Virus record (IMG/VR): IMGVR_UViG_3300020419_000004
Reading direction: 5' to 3' (one strand)
Length of the DNA: 64,000 nucleotides
Origin: a virus
Shown: positions 55,836 through 63,827 of the stretch, piece by piece
How positions within the stretch are numbered: position 1 is the stretch's first letter
Layout: each line of letters opens with the position of its first letter
Translations under genes and position numbers: made by a program
The notes under the pieces: generated by a model
The model's input: the letters and a program-made list of their open reading frames with translations, nothing else
What the model was told of the DNA's origin: nothing
Database searches by the model: none

Positions 55836-56654
55836 ATGGACTGGTTACCACACATAGTAGTCAAGGCAGATGAAGATGCATCTCCTACAACGGCTGCGTC
55901 AGCATTAAAAACATTCGACAAAGGATTTCCAGAGCATACTGCAGTAGTTCATTACGTTGGTACTTCACCTGCTGTTAGAACATTCTGTGAGAAGTGGTGT
56001 GCTGAAGGGGGACATAAATTTATTGCATACGATCAAAGGATAAGACAATCTAGATTACACTACGCTATAGTTAAGAGTAGTAGACTTCCTGTTGTCCTCA
56101 TTAGAGGTACAGCAGTTTTTTATGCTGACATGAGTGGGTACTCATTATCTAAGGGTAAAATATTTGGTGGATATATATGGCCAACCTATGCTGCTCAACC
56201 AATCACAGATGAGAAAAATTTAATTAGATTATCTGCAGTAGATAAAACTATTATATTCTGTGGAGAACCTATCAAGGCAATGAACCTTGTGAATGAGATT
56301 ACTAAGTGGGACAGACCAGATGTTTCAAATGAAGCGAGTGGTGCTACGAAGTGGGATGGTCAGACTATAGTAATGAATGGTGAAGTGTACCAACAGGAGA
56401 GTGGGTTCTTCAACATGATATACCAGTGGGATCCTTCAGTATTCTCTAAGTTTAACAAGGCAACCTTTGACAATTATGAGACAATACTGTTTGGAAATAG
56501 GATCACAAAGGTACATGATGAATTACAGAACATACCAGGACAAGAAGCAATAGTCATGGGTGGTATCAACGCTGCACTCAATGAAAATTACGATGAACTC
56601 AAGGGAATTATGAAGACATCTCTTGATAGTTTAAAGGAGTACGTAGTAAAATAG
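55836..56654 (+). CDS. Hypothetical protein
   Basis: 272-aa ORF; no confident family. Confidence 0.7.
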   Translation: MDWLPHIVVKADEDASPTTAASALKTFDKGFPEHTAVVHYVGTSPAVRTFCEKWCAEGGHKFIAYDQRIRQSRLHYAIVKSSRLPVVLIRGTAVFYADMSGYSLSKGKIFGGYIWPTYAAQPITDEKNLIRLSAVDKTIIFCGEPIKAMNLVNEITKWDRPDVSNEASGATKWDGQTIVMNGEVYQQESGFFNMIYQWDPSVFSKFNKATFDNYETILFGNRITKVHDELQNIPGQEAIVMGGINAALNENYDELKGIMKTSLDSLKEYVVK

Positions 56655-56681
56655 CTACATAGAGTCAGTCACATTAGATAA

Positions 56682-57092
56682 ATGGCTGAACAAGTTAAAA
56701 AAGAGGAACCTAAAAAGAAAGGTCTCCTAGGTAAGATTAAAGAGCATGCAGAGGATAAGGAGGAGCAACTTGCTATCCTGTCTACCTTCGTGCGACTTGG
56801 AATCTTAGTTTGGTCGGGCGGAATCTTAACATTAGCGTACGTTGATCTACCACCTGCATTAAAAATTCCTAAACAGGACATGGATCCGACCTTCATAGCT
56901 TCGGTCTTCACAGGAGTCGTAGCTACCTTCGGTGTCTCCGCAGGAGGTAAGAAGAAGAATGGTGCAGATGCTGGTGCAAACATATCTAAAAAAGACATGG
57001 AGTTTCTTATTGCTAAGGCATCAGAGACTGCACCTGCACAAACAATCAGGATTGAACAAGGTCCTGTCAAAATAGTCCCTGACTCAAAGTAA
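56682..57092 (+). CDS. Two-TM membrane protein
   Basis: LGILVWSGGILTLAY; DPTFIASVFTGVVATFGV. Confidence 0.8.
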   Translation: MAEQVKKEEPKKKGLLGKIKEHAEDKEEQLAILSTFVRLGILVWSGGILTLAYVDLPPALKIPKQDMDPTFIASVFTGVVATFGVSAGGKKKNGADAGANISKKDMEFLIAKASETAPAQTIRIEQGPVKIVPDSK

Positions 57093-57097
57093 AAATC

Positions 57098-57325
57098 ATG
57101 CAAAAAATTATAAATGCGATCGCAATATCGTCTGGTGTTGTATCTCTTGCCCTTGTTGCTTCTGGGGTCGGTGTATATCTCAACCGAGGAAAAATTATTG
57201 ATAGTGTCAAGTCTCAAGTCATGGAGCAAGTCTCTGGTGCACTTGGTTCATCACTTGGTGGCATGGTTCCAGACGTAACTGGACCTGCACAACCTTCCGT
57301 ACCAACTCTACCTTCTTTACCATGA
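57098..57325 (+). CDS. Membrane-anchored small protein
   Basis: MQKIINAIAISSGVVSLALV TM; Pro-rich tail. Confidence 0.75.
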   Translation: MQKIINAIAISSGVVSLALVASGVGVYLNRGKIIDSVKSQVMEQVSGALGSSLGGMVPDVTGPAQPSVPTLPSLP

Positions 57326-57579
57326 CTTTCGCAGGAGAACAGGTCAAAAGGTTCTTTAACACAGGACAGTGGGCATTAAAGTTAATCTTTATTGTTGTTC
57401 TGTGTGAACTAGGCATTGTTATGGGTGCTTTGATTGGACTAGCAGGACCACTTGATGAGAATGACAGCAACAACATCAAACATATTATGGGTATGATTGC
57501 TACTAAGTCATTTGCACTATATGCTGCTGAAAAAGCAGGAGCAAAAGAAAAGTATCTAATTGAAAAAACAAAAGCATGA
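57322..57579 (+). CDS. Membrane protein
   Basis: WALKLIFIVVLCELGIVMG; IATKSFALYAAEK. Confidence 0.7.
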   Translation: MTFAGEQVKRFFNTGQWALKLIFIVVLCELGIVMGALIGLAGPLDENDSNNIKHIMGMIATKSFALYAAEKAGAKEKYLIEKTKA

Positions 57580-57788
57580 TAGGTGAGGAAACCCCAGAGA
57601 TTAAATACGACAGAGCACTGACTCTATTTGAAGAGTCAGTCATGGAACCTAACCATAAACTTAGAGGTTGTGCACACAACCAAGGATGCTATGATGATCT
57701 CATGGAGATCAGAGAGCATGTATTGAAATATCTTAAGACATTGAGAGTAGTCCATTACGATGACTATACCGTTCATAAAAATAAATGA
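57576..57788 (+). CDS. Conserved hypothetical
   Basis: LRGCAHNQGCYDDLMEIREHVL. Confidence 0.65.
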   Translation: MIGEETPEIKYDRALTLFEESVMEPNHKLRGCAHNQGCYDDLMEIREHVLKYLKTLRVVHYDDYTVHKNK

Positions 57789-58497
57789 TATAAATGTAAG
57801 GAACTTAAATGTACCTCACATTCATACCTTTAGTTACGATCTACCAACTCCTGTAGCACCAGGTCATCCTCGTGTTACCGAGTATATTGGTAGACCTATC
57901 GTAGATATACCAGGTTGTGTAGAAGCACATCCAGACGATAGGAATGCACAGAATTTACCAGAGGATGATTCCGCAAAGGTTCAAACGTTTTGTGATGGCG
58001 AGGTTCCATCATATAATGCGATGGATTATACACCAGAGCAATTAATAATTCAGAGAGAAGTACCACCACCTGTTGTAAATCCACCACCAGAGGTAGATCC
58101 ACCAGAGGTTCCACCCACAGGTGACCTTGGTACAGAGACTGAATGTCCTGGTCCTAATAACCTAAGAGTTGGTGACTTAACACAGGCAGGTGATGAGAAA
58201 GTTGTAGGTCATGAACTACAAGGCACTGTCTGTGTGACATTGTACGAACCAACTACTGCTGCTGAGAAATTTCTACCCTCAGTCAATCAGTCCACCACCA
58301 CAGTGGCAATCGCAGTGTTAGCTACAGCAGGTGCAGCTGCTACACCATTACTATTGAGAGTTATAAAACCAGTCATAAAAAAACTAACCACTTTTATACA
58401 AAAGAAGTTAGGTAAGAAAGTATCTAAACCATCCCGTCAAGATATTCAAACTGACAAGTATCGTGAGAAGAAAGGACTACCCCCTATCAAACGTTAG
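57760..58497 (+). CDS. Pro/Cys-rich protein with C-terminal TM and basic tail
   Basis: GCVEAH, FCD, ECPGP, VCVTLYE, TTVAIAVLATAGAAATPLL. Confidence 0.75.
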   Translation: MTIPFIKINDINVRNLNVPHIHTFSYDLPTPVAPGHPRVTEYIGRPIVDIPGCVEAHPDDRNAQNLPEDDSAKVQTFCDGEVPSYNAMDYTPEQLIIQREVPPPVVNPPPEVDPPEVPPTGDLGTETECPGPNNLRVGDLTQAGDEKVVGHELQGTVCVTLYEPTTAAEKFLPSVNQSTTTVAIAVLATAGAAATPLLLRVIKPVIKKLTTFIQKKLGKKVSKPSRQDIQTDKYREKKGLPPIKR

Positions 58498-59384
58498 GGA
58501 TTACCTATTGATATTTCATTTAGAACACTAGCATCACTCTTATCACCGAAGTTGAAACTCACACCCCTCTGTTCATTTTTAGGAATACTATGTGTATGCT
58601 GACCTACCACACCAGGTGGGTTAACTAATACAACGTCAGCACATACAGCATGGTAAGGAGACTTTGGATGGAACATAATACCAGCTTTCATTAACTCCCC
58701 GCAATTTTTTAACCTGGCTATCTCAAAGTCAAGTCGTTTATTAGCAGTCAACTGTGCACGGTATTCATTGTGCAGTGTGGCTGCTGTTTTGCATAGTTCT
58801 ACCTGTTCTTTATCCAATGGTTTAGACCATGTAGCAGACATACCTATTGATATAGTTTGATTATTCTTTTGACCTGTACGAGTAGGAACGTAGTATAGTA
58901 TCTCACCAGGATTGTCGGGTACTCCGTCATCGTTGGCATCTACGTTGTTGTAGACAGGATCCTGGTAAATTGGTTCGTAAGGATGTTGTTGTGATAAATT
59001 TCCAGTGGCGTATGGCGTAAAATTGAAGGTAGCACCTTGACATGAGATACCATCACCATAAGATGATGTTACATATGGACCTTGTAAAACTTGTATTGCC
59101 TGGTTGGTCACTGAGCCTGAAGAATTGGCAATCGGGTTTGCAGTAGCAGATACACCACCCACATCAGTCTGTGCATATGTAGGTGCACATGTTAATAGTG
59201 CCAACGCTATTGTTGGAAAATTGAGGTTGTATCTGTGACGCTTGTTACGGTTTGGGTTCGTTGTATTATTGTGTGCGTCTGAAGCCCTGGTCCAGCGTAA
59301 TGTTCCGTAAATTGGAACGCTGCTCCTGGCGTTGTCTGCACGAAGTTTGGTTTGTTTGTGCTTGATAAATCTAGTCCAGTCCAT
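58494..59384 (-). CDS. Exported-type conserved hypothetical (true start uncertain, probably near 59230-59204)
   Basis: Signal-like ALALLTCAPTYA, SSGSVTNQAIQ, ISCQG, ARLKNCGEL, CADV. Confidence 0.75.
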   Translation of the reverse strand: MDWTRFIKHKQTKLRADNARSSVPIYGTLRWTRASDAHNNTTNPNRNKRHRYNLNFPTIALALLTCAPTYAQTDVGGVSATANPIANSSGSVTNQAIQVLQGPYVTSSYGDGISCQGATFNFTPYATGNLSQQHPYEPIYQDPVYNNVDANDDGVPDNPGEILYYVPTRTGQKNNQTISIGMSATWSKPLDKEQVELCKTAATLHNEYRAQLTANKRLDFEIARLKNCGELMKAGIMFHPKSPYHAVCADVVLVNPPGVVGQHTHSIPKNEQRGVSFNFGDKSDASVLNEISIGNP

Positions 59385-59659
59385 GTTGAGTTCACACCAT
59401 TAACGGTATTAGTTTGTGTTGTTGTCGCATCAGGTACTATGTTAGTACTACCTGCTTCTACCTCTACCCCTGTGCCACTTACCGAATAGGTCCAGCCAGT
59501 GGCATAGTCCATCGAATTTATGGTCTCCGTCACCGTAGAAGTCGTTTCCGTGTGACTCGTCATCGAGCCTTGAGTAAAATTCGGGACCACAGGCACTGCT
59601 ATCACTGGGTTTATAGCACCCAGTGTACATAACGTACATAGCAGCAGCCTATACTTCAT
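59207..59659 (-). CDS. Exported-type conserved hypothetical
   Basis: Signal peptide, VPVVPNFTQGSMTS, GAAFQFTE. Confidence 0.8.
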   Translation of the reverse strand: MKYRLLLCTLCTLGAINPVIAVPVVPNFTQGSMTSHTETTSTVTETINSMDYATGWTYSVSGTGVEVEAGSTNIVPDATTTQTNTVNGVNSTWTGLDLSSTNKPNFVQTTPGAAFQFTEHYAGPGLQTHTIIQRTQTVTSVTDTTSIFQQ

Positions 59660-59661
59660 CT

Positions 59662-60246
59662 CTAGTTGATGTTCAACTCAGTAGTGAATTGCCCAATAGA
59701 TGTAGTTCCACTTCCACCACCACCAACAGTTATACCATGACCTGATGTAACAGAACCTGTACCAGTTCCTGTTCCTACACCAGTAGATACCTGACTAGAA
59801 TAGTTTGAAACAGCACCAACGGTTGGTCCTGTAGTTACTACACTATCACCTTGAGTGTATGACTGAGTGAATGAGAACGCTGTTCCATTACCTGCAGTCA
59901 CAGCATCGTTACCAGTACCTGTGGTTGTTGTCTGCTGAGTAGCAGTCATAGAACCTAGGTTACTGTAAGTATTCTGTGTAGTAACACCTTGATCAGTAAC
60001 TGATTGGAAATCTAGTCCACCAACACCGTGTGCAGTAACGTCATTGGTTCCAGTAGAACCATACTTCTGCCAACTGGTATCGACTCCAGATCCAGAAACG
60101 CTATACGTTGAACCAATTCGTTCAACCTGAGTTGCAGCTGCACCTGTGCTCAACGAGACTGATGACTGCATTCTATGTGTGATGTCAGCGAATGCAGGAG
60201 ACCCCATGCTCCCAACCACTGCTGATATCAATAAAAGTTTTTTCAT
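59662..60246 (-). CDS. Exported-type S/T/G-rich protein
   Basis: MKKLLL signal, AFADITH, RIGSTYSVSG, AFSFTQSYTQGD. Confidence 0.8.
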   Translation of the reverse strand: MKKLLLISAVVGSMGSPAFADITHRMQSSVSLSTGAAATQVERIGSTYSVSGSGVDTSWQKYGSTGTNDVTAHGVGGLDFQSVTDQGVTTQNTYSNLGSMTATQQTTTTGTGNDAVTAGNGTAFSFTQSYTQGDSVVTTGPTVGAVSNYSSQVSTGVGTGTGTGSVTSGHGITVGGGGSGTTSIGQFTTELNIN

Positions 60247-60373
60247 TTGAATACAACTTACCCTGATTATATGTAGGCTGTTTCATTTTGTAGCATATTG
60301 AACAGTATAAGCGGTACTTATACTCATTATCGCTACAACTTATGGACGTTTGGGGTTCAAAACATAGGGGGGC

Positions 60374-60402
60374 TTGACAAAACTTTACAAAGCCTATATA
60401 AT
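60374..60402 (+). promoter_or_regulatory. Consensus sigma70 promoter of the hli operon with overlapping HLR1-like box
   Basis: TTGACA-17 nt-TATAAT; TTGACAAA-ac-TTTACAAA. Confidence 0.85.
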
Positions 60403-60428
60403 AATGTAACATAACTTAATGAAGTTTT

Positions 60429-60626
60429 ATGACTACTACAACAGAAAGCGGTGGAAGACAAAACATGTTCCCATCAGAGACACGCCCTTACATCGACGAG
60501 AGCATCTCATATGAGGGATATCCACAGAATGCAGAGAAGACTAATGGTCGTTGGGCTATGATAGGTTTCGTTGCATTACTAGGTGCATACATCACCACTG
60601 GTCAAATTATTCCTGGTATATTCTAA
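60429..60626 (+). CDS. hli: High-light-inducible protein 1
   Basis: AEKTNGRWAMIGF...TGQIIPGIF. Confidence 0.96.
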   Translation: MTTTTESGGRQNMFPSETRPYIDESISYEGYPQNAEKTNGRWAMIGFVALLGAYITTGQIIPGIF

Positions 60627-60742
60627 TGCAGAACTACTGGAAGAATGCAGAACTAATCAACGGTCGTCTAGCGATGATGGGATTAGTAATCGGCACAATC
60701 AACTACGGTCTATTCGGATGGATAGCACCAGGTCTCTTTTAA
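60626..60742 (+). CDS. hli: High-light-inducible protein 2
   Basis: AELINGRLAMMG; true start at TAATG 60626. Confidence 0.92.
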   Translation: MQNYWKNAELINGRLAMMGLVIGTINYGLFGWIAPGLF

Positions 60743-60790
60743 GAGATGAAATTTCAATCACAATTCACAATTCAAAAAGGTAATTCAATC

Positions 60791-60898
60791 ATGACACCAG
60801 AAGCAGAAAGATTTAACGGATGGATGGCAATGCTAGGTTTCGTAGCAGCAGTCGGAGCATACACAACAACAGGTCAAATCATACCAGGTATATTCTAA
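60791..60898 (+). CDS. hli: High-light-inducible protein 3 (missed by ORF track)
   Basis: MTPEAERFNGWMAMLGFVAAVGAYTTTGQIIPGIF. Confidence 0.95.
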   Translation: MTPEAERFNGWMAMLGFVAAVGAYTTTGQIIPGIF

Positions 60899-61035
60899 TG
60901 ACAAACAAAACAAAAACAATCGAGAAAGAAAAGGTAGTTGCAGAGAAGCTTAACGGCAGACTAGCAATGCTCGGTATCATAGCAGGTCTAGGTGCTTACC
61001 TAACAACAGGTCAAATCATACCAGGTTTCGTATAA
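60898..61035 (+). CDS. hli: High-light-inducible protein 4
   Basis: AEKLNGRLAMLG...TGQIIPGFV; true start 60898. Confidence 0.95.
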   Translation: MTNKTKTIEKEKVVAEKLNGRLAMLGIIAGLGAYLTTGQIIPGFV

Positions 61036-61133
61036 TGAACTCCATAAAGAGACACCCAGTTCCCTTTAAGTTTGTACCTTACATCTTTATGGTGGCAGTT
61101 ATTTCTGCTATCCCTACAGGTGTAATGGTATAA
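61035..61133 (+). CDS. 32-aa TM microprotein
   Basis: MNSIKRHPVPFKFVPYIFMVAVISAIPTGVMV; TAATG coupling. Confidence 0.55.
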   Translation: MNSIKRHPVPFKFVPYIFMVAVISAIPTGVMV

Positions 61134-61189
61134 TTACCTAGTGAGAACTTAACATAACTAAATATTTAAAGTAACAAATCTTAATACAC

Positions 61190-61363
61190 ATGAGCGAACT
61201 CGTCGCTGACAATTCAATATCACCTTTCACGGCCATTATCTGGTGCTTCTATCCATTTGCTGCCTTGGTACTCCTAGAACTAGTTCTACGTGCTATCAAC
61301 GGTGAAGATGATGACGATGATCAAGGCGGTGGACTAATGTCACCAGTATATCAAGGAACATAA
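61190..61363 (+). CDS. 57-aa TM microprotein with DDDDD-GGG tail
   Basis: FTAIIWCFYPFAALVLLEL...DDDDDQGGGLMSP. Confidence 0.7.
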   Translation: MSELVADNSISPFTAIIWCFYPFAALVLLELVLRAINGEDDDDDQGGGLMSPVYQGT

Positions 61364-61437
61364 TGTATCAAGCAATCTTTTTAATCACAATAGCAGTCTA
61401 CACTTACACTAATGTCGGTCAATTCGTTTTTCAATAG
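61363..61437 (+). CDS. 24-aa TM microprotein
   Basis: MYQAIFLITIAVYTYTNVGQFVFQ; TAATG coupling. Confidence 0.45.
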   Translation: MYQAIFLITIAVYTYTNVGQFVFQ

Positions 61438-61513
61438 TCCCTACTACTCTCTTTATGAGTTTGCATTCTTCTGTGCAGTAGGTTTTTCAGCAGGTTCATT
61501 AGGTCTACTATGA
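61412..61513 (+). CDS. 33-aa TM microprotein
   Basis: SPYYSLYEFAFFCAVGFSAGSLGLL. Confidence 0.5.
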   Translation: MSVNSFFNSPYYSLYEFAFFCAVGFSAGSLGLL

Positions 61514-61617
61514 ACTTAACCCATATACTACCGATGTTCGTCGTAATATTCTCAGGAACAGTCGTAATTACCACACTCGTGATGGTAATGATGTCACAGA
61601 TGATGCCTGAGAATTGA
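61510..61617 (+). CDS. 35-aa TM microprotein
   Basis: Hydrophobic, Met-rich; ATGA coupling. Confidence 0.5.
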   Translation: MNLTHILPMFVVIFSGTVVITTLVMVMMSQMMPEN

Positions 61618-61642
61618 CAACTCATTCTAAATACTGTATAAT
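61614..61642 (+). promoter_or_regulatory. Consensus sigma70 promoter
   Basis: TTGACA-17 nt-TATAAT upstream of 61665/ho1. Confidence 0.85.
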
Positions 61643-61664
61643 TATTAGAAGCGTACAGTAAAAC

Positions 61665-61877
61665 ATGAGAGAGCAACTAATTAAAGCACTACTGGCACAT
61701 GCTCAAGGAGATATCCAGAAACATGTAGCAAACGTAGAAGTATACCTTACAAATCCTGCAGGTATAGGTGAACACTCTGATATAACAGAAGCAATTGAGA
61801 CTGAACTCAATATCATTGCCAAGTATCAGGATCAGATTGATGTAATACAAAAGTATTTTAAGAAAAATGCTAGCTAA
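61665..61877 (+). CDS. Conserved hypothetical
   Basis: EVYLTNPAGIGEHSDI. Confidence 0.75.
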   Translation: MREQLIKALLAHAQGDIQKHVANVEVYLTNPAGIGEHSDITEAIETELNIIAKYQDQIDVIQKYFKKNAS

Positions 61878-62562
61878 AGAATTAAAGACAGGTACAAAGA
61901 GATCCCACACAGCAGCAGAGAACACTAAGTTTGTGGGGTCTTTTCTGCGTGGTGTCGTAAGCGAAGAGAACTATAGGACACTTATAAAAGACTTTTACTT
62001 TGTTTACTCTGCTATAGAAGAGGAGATGGAGAGGTTGAAGGACGATGAGTTCCTTACTCCTATCTACTTCACAGAATTAAATCGTTTGGATGCACTCAAG
62101 AAGGACTTGAGGTACTACTATGGTCCTAACTGGTCGATGGAGATCAAACCATCAGAAGGATGCATACAGTATGTTGAGAGGATACATGAGGTAGCAGAGC
62201 AAGACCCCTATCTATTAGTAGGACATCATTATACTAGGTATCTTGGTGACTTATCTGGTGGGCAGATACTTAAAGGTATAGCAGAGAAGGCATTAGATCT
62301 ACCGAAGGGTGAGGGTCTACACTTCTATGATTTCCCTGAGATTGATGACAAGAAAGAGTTCAAGGTCAAGTACAGATCAGGATTAGATAAAGTCACTAGT
62401 GATTCTAGTAAGATGAATGACATCATAGCGGAAGCAAACTATGCATTCCGATTGAACATGTATTTGTTTGATGAACTAAGTGGAACTGCTAAGGACGCAT
62501 GGAACTCAGCAGCAAAGGTCTTTATTCAGACGATGGTAGGTGCAATTACAGGTAAAAAATGA
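61867..62562 (+). CDS. ho1: Heme oxygenase
   Basis: TKRSHTAAEN, HHYTRYLGDLSGGQIL, EANYAFRLN. Confidence 0.97.
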   Translation: MLAKELKTGTKRSHTAAENTKFVGSFLRGVVSEENYRTLIKDFYFVYSAIEEEMERLKDDEFLTPIYFTELNRLDALKKDLRYYYGPNWSMEIKPSEGCIQYVERIHEVAEQDPYLLVGHHYTRYLGDLSGGQILKGIAEKALDLPKGEGLHFYDFPEIDDKKEFKVKYRSGLDKVTSDSSKMNDIIAEANYAFRLNMYLFDELSGTAKDAWNSAAKVFIQTMVGAITGKK

Positions 62563-62822
62563 TTATCTTTTCTTTTATACTTTCACTGTTTGCTAATCAT
62601 CTACCTGTGATGTACGTACAAGTACCACAGTGGGCAGATGATTGGGCAGTGTGTGCTGTAGATATACCTGACGCTAAGTGTCACTGGTATGTCATGGCAC
62701 CTGATAATACATTCGGTGAAGGATTTGATTGGGAAGAAGCACCATGGTTTGATGCTAACGGATTGAATGACGTAGCACCCATGCAAAAAGAAACTGTAGT
62801 AGAGAGGTTACAAAAACAATGA
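62559..62822 (+). CDS. Conserved hypothetical, possible signal peptide
   Basis: VPQWADDWAVCAVD, KCHWY. Confidence 0.7.
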   Translation: MIIFSFILSLFANHLPVMYVQVPQWADDWAVCAVDIPDAKCHWYVMAPDNTFGEGFDWEEAPWFDANGLNDVAPMQKETVVERLQKQ

Positions 62823-62983
62823 TCTATCACATTTACATGAACGGACAGTGTTTGTTCAAAGATTTAAACGAGAGTGAGTTCCAAGTCATATGGGGTAGGA
62901 TGTATCATTCATATTTTGGAGAGCAGATATCATATGCTGCATTTGAAGAAGAAAAGATAGAAGAAATGGAACCGAGTTATTAA
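62819..62983 (+). CDS. 54-aa hypothetical (not in ORF track)
   Basis: MIYHIY...CLFKDLNE; ATGA and TAATG coupling. Confidence 0.65.
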   Translation: MIYHIYMNGQCLFKDLNESEFQVIWGRMYHSYFGEQISYAAFEEEKIEEMEPSY

Positions 62984-63618
62984 TGGGTCAGTTTGCAATA
63001 CAACCTTTATTCCAGACACCAATCTACATCGAACAGTTTGAACCCAGTTCTAATATAGATTTAATACAAGATGAAATAGGATTAGGGTTGACCACTACAT
63101 CATTCAACGCACCAGGTTCACATAAATTCTCAGAACAACTAGGACATAACATATGTCAAGGAGAATTTGATGGTGACTGGTTGAAAGAGAAAGCATGTAT
63201 CTCTTTCATTACAGCACTCAACGGTACGATAGAAAGGTACTGTAAGCACACTGGGTTTCCTGCAACTGACATATATGATCCAGAAAATTTGACATACAAA
63301 AGAAAGTCATGGATCAATCAGTTCCGTGAAGGAAGTTATGCTCACTGCCATCATCATTCTACAGCAGATATATCTGGGGTATATTATTATCAGACTAGTG
63401 GAGATGATGGTAGTCTCTACTTTGAAAGTCCAGTAGCAGAAGCAGGTTGTACACCTGCATGGATACAATTGAACGAAAGGTTTAACATCCCACCTAGAGT
63501 GGGTCTCATGGTACTATTTCCTGGTTGGTTGAGACATGGTGTCAGTACCAACCGCACAAACAGTACACGCATCAGCATCAGTTGGAATGTCAATTTTAAA
63601 ACTGTCCATGGGGGTTGA
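62983..63618 (+). CDS. Putative 2OG-Fe(II) oxygenase (TIGR02466-like)
   Basis: SWIN, HHHSTADISGVYY, FPGWLRHGV, RISISWN. Confidence 0.85.
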   Translation: MGQFAIQPLFQTPIYIEQFEPSSNIDLIQDEIGLGLTTTSFNAPGSHKFSEQLGHNICQGEFDGDWLKEKACISFITALNGTIERYCKHTGFPATDIYDPENLTYKRKSWINQFREGSYAHCHHHSTADISGVYYYQTSGDDGSLYFESPVAEAGCTPAWIQLNERFNIPPRVGLMVLFPGWLRHGVSTNRTNSTRISISWNVNFKTVHGG

Positions 63619-63648
63619 CAGGTTTGTAAAGTTATGTTAATATAAATA
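63615..63648 (+). promoter_or_regulatory. Dual psbA promoter (sigma70-like + late) with inverted HLR1-like box
   Basis: TTGACA-17 nt-TAATAT with TG; TATAAATA 63641-63648; TTTGTAAA-gt-TATGTTAA. Confidence 0.75.
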
Positions 63649-63713
63649 AATCGGTGGTGAAAACCACACATACATGGGACTCGAACGGATCGCCCTCCCT
63701 TGTGTAACTGCTC

Positions 63714-63808
63714 TCAAACCAAGACCTATAGGCAGTATAATACTTCGTCTTTCTATCCAGTAGTGAGGGATTACTGGAAATAAATATCGCTTCTACCCTT
63801 GAAGCCCT
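63714..63808 (+). ncRNA. PhotoRC-II-like structured psbA leader
   Basis: AAGAC/GTCTT; TCCAGTAGT-GAGGG-ATTACTGGA; GCTTC/GAAGC hairpin with loop CCCT complementary to AGGG. Confidence 0.75.
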
Positions 63809-63827
63809 ATTTAAACGTCTTATTACA

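Noticed and set aside
60429-61035. Repeated ACAGGTCAAATCATACCAGGT-like sequences as a repeat array or CRISPR
   Set aside because: They encode the shared TGQIIPG end of hli paralogs; no spacers or cas genes
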